Source: a cyanobacterium endosymbiont of Rhopalodia gibba (lineage in GTDB: Bacteria; Cyanobacteriota; Cyanobacteriia; Cyanobacteriales; Microcystaceae). Taken from it: 64,000 nt of DNA. The stretch's first letter is position 1. The number at the start of each line of letters is the position of its first letter. The notes beneath the pieces were generated by a model, which was not told where the DNA came from, did no database searches, and worked only from the letters and a program-made list of their open reading frames with translations. Shown here one piece after another: positions 33,874 to 44,029 of the stretch. Location of the stretch: assembly GCA_045159875.1 (NCBI GenBank), contig CP067995.1, forward strand, positions 2,976,001 through 3,040,000. The letters are read 5' to 3'. Both the position numbers and the translations under genes were made by a program.

Positions 33874-34289
33874 AATGTATGTCAGCTCATAGTAGCATAT
33901 TTTATGTAACCAAAACTATTTTTTATCTCTAGATTTTCTTTTGTCTTGAACTTGAGGATTTTTTAAGCTTCCAGTGAGTTACACATTGACAAATTACGTC
34001 AGATATGGGTTCTCTGGAACAGGTAAAGTAATAGCTATTATAATAATATTTATTGAACTGACCTAAATTTGTTCAATTATCTCTGGGTTTTCAACTAACT
34101 AGTGTTTTCTTTTTTAGACTGCTCCTAATCGATATATCAATACAATGAAACCTGATTCCTGATTGTCTTAATAAAATTCAAAACATATCGAGTAAACTAT
34201 TAGAACCAAAATACTTAAATTAAGCAAAAACACTAAATGTAGAAGTTAATTGACGCTTAGTGGCTTATTTCTTCTTGATAGTTTTGTTA

Positions 34290-34317
34290 AAAGAATCCTC
34301 TTATAAGAGGATTCTTT
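34290..34317. repeat. 28-bp perfect palindrome about 50 bp downstream of the DUF309 gene (possible terminator)
   Basis: aaagaatcctcttataagaggattcttt. Confidence 0.8.
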
Positions 34318-34370
34318 ATCCTATTAATTTTCTACTCTTTATTTTAGCAAGCACTTCATTACAGAGATTT

Positions 34371-34772
34371 TTATTGATGATTCACTGTAAGGATATAGGG
34401 GAAACGTTGAGTGTCGTTCTCTGAAATATTCTCGAATTGTTTAGCCACTACTGCAATTTCGCTAGAATTAGTTTGTTGGAGATAATGTAATAGTTTTTGG
34501 CTTTCTCCTAGTAAACTAGATACATCAATTTCTTGATAGTCAGGTTGATAAGAACTGAGCTGTCGAATGCCTTCTCCTAATAAAATTACCGCCCCACGCC
34601 AATTATGGTTCCCAAAATGGTAGCAACCAACAGCAAGTTGTAAAATACCTTGATAAAACTGTCTATCTGGCTCTACAGAATCCATCCATAGAGCCTCTAA
34701 GGTATTATGACAACTATAGAATTCTCGATGGTTAAATTGATCAACTCCTTGCCAAAATTGCTTCCTTGACAT
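34371..34772 (-). CDS. DUF309 domain protein
   Basis: GVDQFNHREFYSCHNTLEALW, FYQGILQLAVGCYH..NHNWRGA. Directly downstream of ftrC. Confidence 0.88.
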   Translation of the reverse strand: MSRKQFWQGVDQFNHREFYSCHNTLEALWMDSVEPDRQFYQGILQLAVGCYHFGNHNWRGAVILLGEGIRQLSSYQPDYQEIDVSSLLGESQKLLHYLQQTNSSEIAVVAKQFENISENDTQRFPYILTVNHQ

Positions 34773-34780
34773 GGTTTTGC

Positions 34781-35149
34781 TTAAGAACCAATATTATCAC
34801 GAACCTCTTTGATATATTCAATGTCAATATGTTGTTGATCTCCTACAAAATCGTTATCTGGAGTAATAAACAGCATACAATGACATTCCTTGCGTTCGCG
34901 CATGGGAACACATGGACAGTTCCAAAAAGTATTTTTTACTTCAGCCTCTTTATCTTCATAATGACGACAAGGGCACAAAGGAGCACCTAATTCCTGTTTA
35001 TGTCTTGCCAGTCCTTCAATAACCACTGCTGTTACCGATAGTTCACTACAGAAGTAAGTGTCAGTCTGTTTTGCATATTGTTCAGCAAAGTTTTTCATTG
35101 CCTCTAAAGTTTTATCACTATATTTCGAGTCAGTATTGGCTGAAGTCAT
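34781..35149 (-). CDS. ftrC: Ferredoxin-thioredoxin reductase catalytic subunit
   Basis: LCPCRHY, WNCPCVPMRERKECHCMLF. Confidence 0.96.
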   Translation of the reverse strand: MTSANTDSKYSDKTLEAMKNFAEQYAKQTDTYFCSELSVTAVVIEGLARHKQELGAPLCPCRHYEDKEAEVKNTFWNCPCVPMRERKECHCMLFITPDNDFVGDQQHIDIEYIKEVRDNIGS

Positions 35150-36245
35150 GGAGTTTGTACAAAATTAATGGGGATTCTTCATTCAAATTAACACTTTTTA
35201 CAGTCATTATATATAGTGAACATTTTTCCGACGTTTGAATAATCTCAATTGCTCAAAGTGTCTTTAGCTTGCTTGGTCATGACTTATCTTGCCTTAATTA
35301 TATAATTAAGGGAAATTCTTAGTTTTTTGTTTACTTTCGGAGATAAACCTAGTCGAGAGGATAATTTTTTGGTTTCTCTTAACCGCTCCTGTCCAATAAT
35401 ATTCGATTGGAAGACAGGAGTTGAGGGATGAAAACTAGGGAAACATTTTTGATACAACATCATAATTTTGCCTTAAACCCTCACCAAGTTAATCTAATAG
35501 TAATAATATATGAGTTATATAAGTGTTAGTTTATAGCCCAATATTGTCTGCAATAATCCTAGCTAAATCCTTGAACTGCGGGCGGTGTTGAAATTATTAT
35601 TTAGGTTTGTACAAGAAAAGTCGTTCAGAAGAAGGTTAAAGGACTGTTAATATATGCTATTCAAAAGTTTTGATCAAATAAGGAATATCTTTAGTTAAGT
35701 TATGCTTATTTCTAATTCTTACAGGTAATTGTTTTGAATCGAGCAATTGCTCATTGTCACTTTGTTAAAAAAGAATAAAATTACCTTGCTTCAAGTCCAA
35801 TAACGCAGAAAAATCAATTAACTATGATTGTTTAAAAGAGTTATACAAATAGTTATTATACCTAGAAAATTCAAGAGTAAATGCCATACTCCAGTCCTAA
35901 GTTAATGACAGGAGGTAAACATTATAGTTATCAGCAGAGAGAAAAGTAATTTTTTTTTCGAGGGCTTGATACACTGACCTATCATAAACAATGACGATGG
36001 TCGCAGTTGGGTCTTTTTTTGAACAAAAATAGTATATTTGTTTTTATAATAAATGCTATAAGTCTGAGAACACAGTAGCAATGCTATTTTGATCTTTAAA
36101 TAGAGCTCATCTGAATCACAAAATACTTTGGTAGGATCAAGATAAAATTTTATTTATATTTTGTAGGATTCAATAGTTATTTATCTCCATAAGGTCTGCT
36201 TTCGTAGTCGAGATGATAAAAACAGTATTGAATGATGCGGTTTAA

Positions 36246-37202
36246 TTAAGTGTCAAACCTTTCATAAGCTTCCACAATTTTTTGAACTAATGGATGTCGA
36301 ACTACATCTCCCTGAAAAAATTGACAAAAAGCAATGCCTTTTACTGACGTTAGAATTTTTTTTGCTATCACTAATCCTGAATCTTGATGGCGAGGTAAAT
36401 CGGTTTGAGTGATATCTCCAGTCACTACCATTTTTGAACCTAATCCTAAGCGTGTCAAGACCATTTTTAATTGAGCAGGAGTAGTATTTTGAGCTTCATC
36501 AACAATCACAAAAGCATTATTTAAAGTTCGTCCTCTCATATAAGCTAAAGGCGCAACTTCTATTTCTCCTCGTTCAATTAAAGCAGGAATTCGTTGCGGG
36601 TCAATAAACTCATTTAATGCATCATAAAGAGGACGTAAAAAAGGGTCAATTTTTTGTTGCAAATCTCCTGGTAAAAACCCTAGTTTCTCTCCTGCTTCCA
36701 CTGCAGGACGAGTTAAAATTAAACGTTCACATTTATTATTTAATAATGCTTGTACAGCTAAAACAGCTGCTAAAAAAGTCTTTCCAGTTCCCGCCGGTCC
36801 AATACAAAAAGTAATATCATGAGTTTGAATTGCTTTAATATATTGTCGTTGACGAAATGTTTTTGCACAAATAATTTCTCCCCGTCGAGTCCTGGCCAAA
36901 ACTGATTGTTGTAAGTTCTTATATTCTTCAGTTTGTCCTGTATCTATTGCTTGGAAAGCTGTCATTAAATCAGGACGAGAAATTGCTTTTGCTTCCTGCC
37001 AATAGGGTTGAAGTGATAGCACCACCTGTATTGCCCGTTTTACAGATTTTTCTTTCCCATAAATCTGTAACTCTTGACCCCTTAAAATTAGATTAGCCCC
37101 AGTATAATTGGACAAAAATTTTAGGTTTTCATCCCCAATTCCCGCTAAAGCAATGGCACTTTCACTGGTTGGCAGTTGGACAGTTTCGGAGGTGTCAGTC
37201 AT
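36246..37202 (-). CDS. phoH: PhoH-family ATPase
   Basis: GPAGTGKT, ILTRPAVEAGEKLGFLPGDL, YMRGRTL, DEAQN, GDITQTDL, DVVRHPLV. Confidence 0.94.
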   Translation of the reverse strand: MTDTSETVQLPTSESAIALAGIGDENLKFLSNYTGANLILRGQELQIYGKEKSVKRAIQVVLSLQPYWQEAKAISRPDLMTAFQAIDTGQTEEYKNLQQSVLARTRRGEIICAKTFRQRQYIKAIQTHDITFCIGPAGTGKTFLAAVLAVQALLNNKCERLILTRPAVEAGEKLGFLPGDLQQKIDPFLRPLYDALNEFIDPQRIPALIERGEIEVAPLAYMRGRTLNNAFVIVDEAQNTTPAQLKMVLTRLGLGSKMVVTGDITQTDLPRHQDSGLVIAKKILTSVKGIAFCQFFQGDVVRHPLVQKIVEAYERFDT

Positions 37203-37459
37203 AAAATACTAAATATTATAATTAAGATGTAGAGCGCAACTTTTTCACTAATCTAAACATAGAGTCTAATAGGCTGTTGATAAAGAAAATTTTAAGATAT
37301 TGGGTGTGTATTAAACTGTAACGCCTCAGAAAAATATTTTGGGACGTTACAGCAGAAAGACAAAAAAGAAAAATTGCCCAAAAAACTATAATACGTTTAA
37401 CAAAGCCTACTTAATGTTTAGTTTGGAAAGAGTCTCTAAACTTTAGTAAATAAATTAAA

Positions 37460-37488
37460 CAAAAAAAGAGAGGAGATTAACCTCCTCC
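37460..37488 (-). terminator. Intrinsic terminator of ndhH
   Basis: gaggag-attaac-ctcctc stem followed by a T-run on the - strand. Confidence 0.65.
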
Positions 37489-37514
37489 AAAAATTAACTA
37501 TCATTAGAAAACCA

Positions 37515-38699
37515 TTAACGGTCTACCGACCCCATAATAATATCGATACTGCCTAAAATGGCCATAATATCAGCTACCTTCATTCCTTTTAGAAGATGGG
37601 GGAGAATTTGCAGGTTATTAAAGTCAGCTGCACGAATTTTCCAGCGCCAAGGGAAAACATCATTATTGCCCACAATAAAAATGCCAACTTCCCCCTTACC
37701 ACTTTCCAGGCGGACATAATGTTCTCCTTCAGGAATTTTAAAGGTGGGGGCAACTTTTTTGGCGATATATTGATAGTCAAAATCATTCCATTGGGACTTT
37801 TTCCCTTCCATCATTCGCTTTGCTTCGAGGTTTTCATAAGGACCTCCTGGTATGCCTTTTAGCGCTTGATAGATAATTTTGACCGACTCACGCATTTCCC
37901 GGATACGGACTAGATAACGGGCAAAACAGTCCCCTGCAGTTTCCCATTGAATGTCCCAGTCAAAATCGTCATAGCATTCGTAATGGTCAACTTTGCGTAG
38001 ATCCCATTCAACCCCAGATCCTCTTAACATAGGACCTGATAGACCCCAATTAATGGCTTCATCACGGGTAATAGTACCGATTCCTTCGACACGGCGACGA
38101 AAAATAGGGTTGTTAGTGATTAATTTTTCATATTCATCAATTTTAGGCTCGAAAAACTTACAGAAATCTTCACATTTATCAATCCAACCATAGGGAAGAT
38201 CAACGGCAACACCCCCAATACGGAAGTAATTATTATTGATTAACCGCATCCCTGATGCTGCTTCCCAAAGATCGTAGATCATCTCCCGTTCACGGAAAAT
38301 GTAGAAAAATGGAGTTTGTGCGCCAACATCTGCTAAAAATGGTCCTAACCACAATAAATGGTTGGCGATACGGTTAAGTTCCAACATGATGACACGGATA
38401 TATTGAGCGCGCTTAGGAACTTCAATATTTGCTAGTTTTTCAGGGGCATTAACGGTAATTGCCTCATTGAACATCCCTGCCGCGTAGTCCCACCGACTAA
38501 CGTAGGGAACATACATAACATTAGTACGGTTTTCAGCTATTTTTTCCATTCCTCGATGGAGATAACCGATAACGGGTTCACAGTCTACCACATCTTCTCC
38601 ATCTAGGGTTACGATCAGACGTAATACTCCGTGCATTGAGGGATGGTGGGGACCCATGTTGAGTACCATGGGTTCGGTTCTAGTTTCTATTTTTGACAT
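37515..38699 (-). CDS. ndhH: NAD(P)H-quinone oxidoreductase (NDH-1) subunit H
   Basis: [25 protein letters not shown], and C-terminal [12 protein letters not shown]. Confidence 0.98.
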   Translation of the reverse strand: MSKIETRTEPMVLNMGPHHPSMHGVLRLIVTLDGEDVVDCEPVIGYLHRGMEKIAENRTNVMYVPYVSRWDYAAGMFNEAITVNAPEKLANIEVPKRAQYIRVIMLELNRIANHLLWLGPFLADVGAQTPFFYIFREREMIYDLWEAASGMRLINNNYFRIGGVAVDLPYGWIDKCEDFCKFFEPKIDEYEKLITNNPIFRRRVEGIGTITRDEAINWGLSGPMLRGSGVEWDLRKVDHYECYDDFDWDIQWETAGDCFARYLVRIREMRESVKIIYQALKGIPGGPYENLEAKRMMEGKKSQWNDFDYQYIAKKVAPTFKIPEGEHYVRLESGKGEVGIFIVGNNDVFPWRWKIRAADFNNLQILPHLLKGMKVADIMAILGSIDIIMGSVDR

Positions 38700-41182
38700 A
38701 GGGCTGGCTGTTAGTCTTTTTCCTCCAATTGTATTATTATGACACCGCTATCGCGTATAAATCTGATGAATGGGTGATTGCTAATGTTCATGCGAAAAGT
38801 TCAGGGTTGACCCTTCTTTATTTTCTCTACCATGAATAGCTGAAGTTATGTGATTGTGTCGTCCACACAAAAAGCAAGTGCTAAAGGTAACTTTCCTACA
38901 GCAGATGTTAAAGTAACTATTCAAATAGTATTCATTCAATCTAGAATACTTTTAACATTAAAATCTTTAAAAGTATATTTATTAGATAAACCTATCATTT
39001 TACTAAAGCCAAAAATACATTTACTACTATAAATAGTAAAAAGAAATTTCAATGAGAAGAATATTAAAATTGTGACAACAACGGTAGATAAAATGCTTTT
39101 CACTCAAGGGAATCATGCAATGGCTATTTGACCTTCAATATATTAAGTAAAATATCCATTAGATGACTGCACCTGTTAACGAATGTTTAATTAGATATAG
39201 GTTATTTACTACACTCCACAAATTTAGCAAATATCATAATTAGGCGAAAACCGTATTGACTGTTAAATACATTTATTGCGGTGGGAAATGAATTCCTCAA
39301 TATCGAGAGTTATTCCAGATTATATCAGAAAAGCTTTCTCAAATTTTCTGATATAGATTTTACTGTCTTTTAGCACTAAATTACTTAATTGTAAATCTAT
39401 ATAAACTAGACCTAATATATCTAAAACTAGCAAGAAAAAAAGTAGTTTTTAACACAGTAAAAATACAATTAATAAAAAATTTTGATAATCTAACAGCAGT
39501 TTTGAATTGGGTAACTTATGGCAACAAAACTAGGTAAATTAGTTAACGGAGTAAGTATCCCTTTTCCTGGTAAGGTTGAATTGCTAACAAAAAAAACAAA
39601 AAGTTTAAGCAAAGGTTATTTTTACTTAAAAATAATAAAGGAGGACGGAAATTATAATAATAATTACAGCAAAAAAAATAACTGCTAGTTTTGCCTTAAT
39701 AGAGATGTTTTAAATTACTTAAAATACAGTATTTAGCATTGTTTAGGCTAAATACTGCTCATGCTATTGACAACCCGACTTCAGGGGATCATCTTTCTGT
39801 TTTTACTTCTGGTAAGTCATCAACTATGTTTTTAATGAGGACAGTAATATTTATTTTTATTTCTTCAGAGACAGGTCTAATAGTTTTCGTTTAAATATCT
39901 ACTGATAGACAATTTAATTTAGAAAATATTTACCTTAAAAAAATTTAATAATGTCATAAATACCCTATACAGTGATTTAAATTTTTCCAATTAAAAATTG
40001 TTAGAGCTTTTTTAAAAAAAACATTATACATTCCCTGGATTAGTATTTTTTTATAGGAAATAAAATTATACAGTAATTTAATTTTTTAAAAATTAGCCCG
40101 ATAAAAAATAAATTTTTATCTCTTTTATTTTACTAGGGTAATATCGTGTACATCTGAAAAAGAACTAATTACAGATAGAAGTATTAAATATAGATTAATA
40201 GATTTTTTTAAATATTTAATCTAAGTGACTATAATCAAAATTATATTGCCTGATTTTATGCTTAATTATAGTAATAGTTTAAAAAAAAACAGAAAAAAAG
40301 CTTGAATTGAATAATATTATTTTACAGTTTTAAGCTAAGATAAATATTCTTTATCATTTAATTTTATAGTTATAAACTTTATTTTTTGAATCATCTTTTT
40401 TAATATTATTTAATATTTTTTTATCAATAAAAATTAATAATCTAAAAAAATACCTCCATTGGCTACCGACTAAATAAAGTCTTTGTAGAGGCTATTTTTC
40501 AAAAAATAAATATGAATAATTTAGCACAAAAACGTATAGAAAGTTTACAAGTAATAAAAAGATTAGACTAAAAGTGTTTATCCTAAAAGTACATTGTAAA
40601 CGACAATAATCTATTCTTCTGAAATGACATAAAAATAAAATAAAATATCATAAGGAGTTTTATTTAAAAATACTTTATACTTAAACTGTTGAAGTCTATT
40701 ATTCACAAAACTAATCAAGGCGATGAGGAGATTACAGATGAAAACTGTTGGGATAATGTGTTACAACTTAACTTAGAAAGTTCATCTAGTTTGTTTTTTA
40801 GAACTTCAACTCATGCTGCTTCTCGGACGGTAATTTTAACTGTTATGAATTTACTAAATACTAAAGCTCTGTATAATCTGTCAACCATGAATTTTATGGA
40901 GAAATTATATCGAGAATATAGCTCATATAAACTGATACTTAAAATATTGTCAAGTTAAGTAAGCAATTTATTTGAGTAATTTTTTTGCTAGAATTGTAAC
41001 TTTTTTATTTAAGTTTTTATATAGAATATTATTATTACTCAATAAGAAGTATATGTCGTTTGTGCTCGATAATTTCCAGACTCATTGTACATTTTCAATG
41101 TATTTCTATTTTTTATGACCTAAAAATTTTCTTGATATCTTTCTATCTATTTTACCTGTTCCTTTTTATTTTTCTAAAATAT

Positions 41183-42172
41183 ATGTGGACTCTTCTCCAT
41201 GCTCGCTTACATATAACATTACGACAACGCAATCTATTACCTCAAAAAAAATGTATTTTAATTGCAGTTTCAGGAGGTCAAGATTCATTATGTTTACTCA
41301 AGCTTTTACTTGACTTACAATCAAAATGGACTTGGAAGATTGCGATTGCCCATTGTGATCATGGCTGGAAATATGATACTGGAATAGCAGATTTTGTACA
41401 ACAATTATCTAAAAAATGGGGAATTCCTTTTTATTTAAAAACCGCCTCCCAACTTAAAGAAACTGAATTAGCGGCTAGAAATTGGCGGTATCAAGCACTA
41501 ATAGAAATTGCACAGGAAAACGACTTTCCTATAATTGTTACAGGACACACCCAAAGTGATCGTGCTGAAACCTTACTTTATAATCTTGTTCGTGGTGCAG
41601 GAAATGACGGACTAAGTGCTTTAACTTGGCAACGTTTTCTGACAGATGATATAACTTTAGTTCGTCCTTTATTAACTATTAATCGTTCGGAAATTTGGGA
41701 GTTTTGTCAAAAGTTTGATCTTCCGATCTGGGAAGATCTAGCTAACGAAAATTTAAATTATGCTCGTAATCGTATCCGAAAAGAATTAATCCCTTATTTT
41801 AAAAAAAACTTTAATCCTCAAGTTGAAATAGCTTTAGCTAGAACTGCTGAGATAATAAAGGAAGAAACTGAATATTTAGAAAGTTGTGCTAAAATAAACT
41901 TAGAAAAAGCACTTAATGAAGATGGAACTCAATTAAATCGTCTAATTTTACAGTCAATTCCTCTTGCATTGCAAAGGCGAGTTATGCGTCGATTTCTTTT
42001 AAAGATAAGTCTTAAAAATCCAAACTTTGAGCAGATAGAAGCCTTAACAACTTTAATTAATGCTCCTAGACGATCACGCATTTCTTCTCTCCCAGGCAAT
42101 CTGATCGCAGAAGTTCAAGAAAATTGGATAATTTTTACAAAAAAAGAACTGATTCAAAACAGCCATGATTAA
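41183..42172 (+). CDS. tilS: tRNA(Ile)-lysidine synthase; start reassigned to ATG 41183 (MWTLLH)
   Basis: AVSGGQDS PP-loop, HCDHG, TGHTQSDRAET, VRPLL, RNRIR. The 41-codon upstream extension in the track is low-complexity. Confidence 0.93.
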   Translation: MWTLLHARLHITLRQRNLLPQKKCILIAVSGGQDSLCLLKLLLDLQSKWTWKIAIAHCDHGWKYDTGIADFVQQLSKKWGIPFYLKTASQLKETELAARNWRYQALIEIAQENDFPIIVTGHTQSDRAETLLYNLVRGAGNDGLSALTWQRFLTDDITLVRPLLTINRSEIWEFCQKFDLPIWEDLANENLNYARNRIRKELIPYFKKNFNPQVEIALARTAEIIKEETEYLESCAKINLEKALNEDGTQLNRLILQSIPLALQRRVMRRFLLKISLKNPNFEQIEALTTLINAPRRSRISSLPGNLIAEVQENWIIFTKKELIQNSHD

Positions 42173-42239
42173 GATATTCTATAAAATTTTAGTCTTAATT
42201 TAAGAAGAAAACTAGTATCAGTCAGATTTTATTAGTCTT

Positions 42240-42359
42240 TTTATCAAAAAAATATGATAGAAATATTTGAATTAAATTAATAGATTGGACGTAAAGGTCA
42301 ATAATGATGTTGTTAAAACAAGGGTAGAGTAATAGTAATAAACTTGGTAAAACTTCTAT
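42240..42359 (-). pseudogene. psaJ: psaJ (photosystem I subunit IX) pseudogene
   Basis: AGGAG RBS, start mutated to ATA. TLVLTTSLLTFTSNLLI*FKYFYHIFL resembles APVMIMALLTFTAGILIEFNRFYPDLL. Follows the psaF remnant. Confidence 0.78.
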
Positions 42360-42412
42360 GAATAGTTCTCCTAAATAATAGGGACGGCTCAACAAGTGCA
42401 ATGAGTTGTTAA

Positions 42413-42832
42413 TTAACTACGATAAATAGAAATTTTACTGTTGATCGTAGTTAACTCTCCAGTGCTAAATTAACCAAAAGTAACTACAGACCAAGTAGAG
42501 TATCTTAGTGTTTTACTAATGTTACTTCAGTCATTAGTAATGATTCTTTTTATTTCCGTATTTTCCCGATCTCTAATATTAATTAAATAAACTCAGCTAA
42601 CTTAACCGCTTAATCTGGTATTTTAAAAATATACTAGGAATAGTGAGTAAAATTTTTTGCCTAGTTCAAAGTAATCTAAGGGAATATCCTTCAAGTCCAC
42701 GTGGTACGCACATGACACTCATCGTGTTTTAACATAACATAGGTCAGCTGATATAAAGTATCTGTGGAGGCGGAAGGGGTAGAATTGGACTCAAAAGTTA
42801 CTATTAAAATTAAAGTCAACAATTCTTTTCAT
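42413..42832 (-). pseudogene. psaF: psaF (photosystem I subunit III) pseudogene
   Basis: Fragments MKR/LLTLILIVTFESNSTPSASTD, RGLEGYS (~CGPEGYP), TIPSIFL (~LIPSILFL), YLINIRDRENTEIKRIITN (~YLIEIRESKNPEMQEVVIN) and WSVVTFG*FSTGELTTINSKISIYRS* (~WPLAA.GE.TSG.L..KDSEIP.SPR*). Divergent from tsaD as in other cyanobacteria. Confidence 0.88.
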
Positions 42833-42988
42833 AAAGAAATGTTTCCTTTTATTAAAAACCTAACTTTTTGCACATGAGATGAGAGGATTGACTATGTATT
42901 GACAGAATTTTATTTCTGACTAGTTAGTCAAGTGAATAAAGTAAAAAGAATAAAAAAAAAGTAGTCTTTCCTTACGAATTAGCAAAAA

Positions 42989-44029
42989 ATGGTGACAGTG
43001 TTGGCAATTGAAACAAGTTGTGACGAAACTGCTGTTGCAATTGTAAATGATTGTAATGTTTGGAGTAGTGTAGTGGCCTCACAAATTCCTCTACATCGCA
43101 TCTATGGTGGTATTGTGCCTGAAGTGGCTTCCCGCGAACACTTAATAAAAATCAATCTTTGTATTGAACAGGCGTTAGCCCAATCTCAAATTAATTGGCA
43201 AGAAATTGATGGTGTTGCCGCTACTGTCGCCCCAGGATTAGTGGGTGCATTGATGGTAGGAATGACAACAGCTAAAACTCTTTCTCTTGTACACCAAAAG
43301 CCTTTTGTTGGCGTTCATCACCTCGAAGGACATATTTACGCAACTTACTTAAGTGAATCTACTTGGAAACCCCCATTTTTATCCTTGTTGGTATCAGGCG
43401 GTCACACCAGCTTAATTCGAGTTCAAGATTGTGGAGTTTATGAACAATTAGGTACAACTCGTGATGACGCAGCCGGAGAAGCATTTGATAAAGTCGCACG
43501 CTTGTTAAATTTAGGCTATCCAGGGGGACCAGCTATTGATCATCTTGCTAAAATGGGTAATCCTAAGGCGTTTCTTTTCCCAGAAGGACGGATTTCTTTA
43601 CCAGAAGGTGGCTATCATCCTTATGATTCTAGTTTTAGCGGTTTGAAAACAGCAGTATTACGGTTAGTTCAAAAATTAGAAAAGGAAGATAATGGACCAT
43701 TGCCTGTAGCTGATATAGCAGCCAGTTTTCAGGAAACTGTAGCACGCTCACTCACTAAAAAAACTATTGCCTGTGCTTTAGATTATGGTCTTCATTCTAT
43801 TGCTGTTGGGGGAGGCGTTGCGGCTAATAGTGAACTGAGAAAACAGTTACAAGCCTTGGGAGCTAAACATAATTTGAAAATTCATTTTCCACCTCTAAGA
43901 TTATGTACTGACAATGCTGCAATGATTGGTTGCGCTGCAGCTGCTCATCTTTCCCGAGGACACACTTCTTCTTTGACTTTGAATGTAACTTCTCAATTGT
44001 CTATTACTGAAGTTATGCAACTTTATTGA
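42989..44029 (+). CDS. tsaD: tRNA threonylcarbamoyladenosine biosynthesis protein TsaD
   Basis: LAIETSCDET, GGIVPEVASREH, HHLEGH, LVSGGHT, DDAAGEAFDKVAR, TDNAAMI. Confidence 0.97.
   Translation: MVTVLAIETSCDETAVAIVNDCNVWSSVVASQIPLHRIYGGIVPEVASREHLIKINLCIEQALAQSQINWQEIDGVAATVAPGLVGALMVGMTTAKTLSLVHQKPFVGVHHLEGHIYATYLSESTWKPPFLSLLVSGGHTSLIRVQDCGVYEQLGTTRDDAAGEAFDKVARLLNLGYPGGPAIDHLAKMGNPKAFLFPEGRISLPEGGYHPYDSSFSGLKTAVLRLVQKLEKEDNGPLPVADIAASFQETVARSLTKKTIACALDYGLHSIAVGGGVAANSELRKQLQALGAKHNLKIHFPPLRLCTDNAAMIGCAAAAHLSRGHTSSLTLNVTSQLSITEVMQLY

Noticed and set aside
33724..33909. 61-aa ORF in the track
   Set aside because: It is an antisense translation of tRNA-Ser(GCT).
40689..40958. 89-aa ORF with EEITDENCWDNVLQLNL, reminiscent of SDR dehydrogenases
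   Set aside because: No GxxxGxG or YxxxK motif is visible. It may be a remnant but cannot be supported.
41060..41182. N-terminal extension of tilS in the ORF track (and similarly 48734-48772 for purA)
   Set aside because: The extensions are non-homologous and low-complexity. Downstream starts fit the families better.
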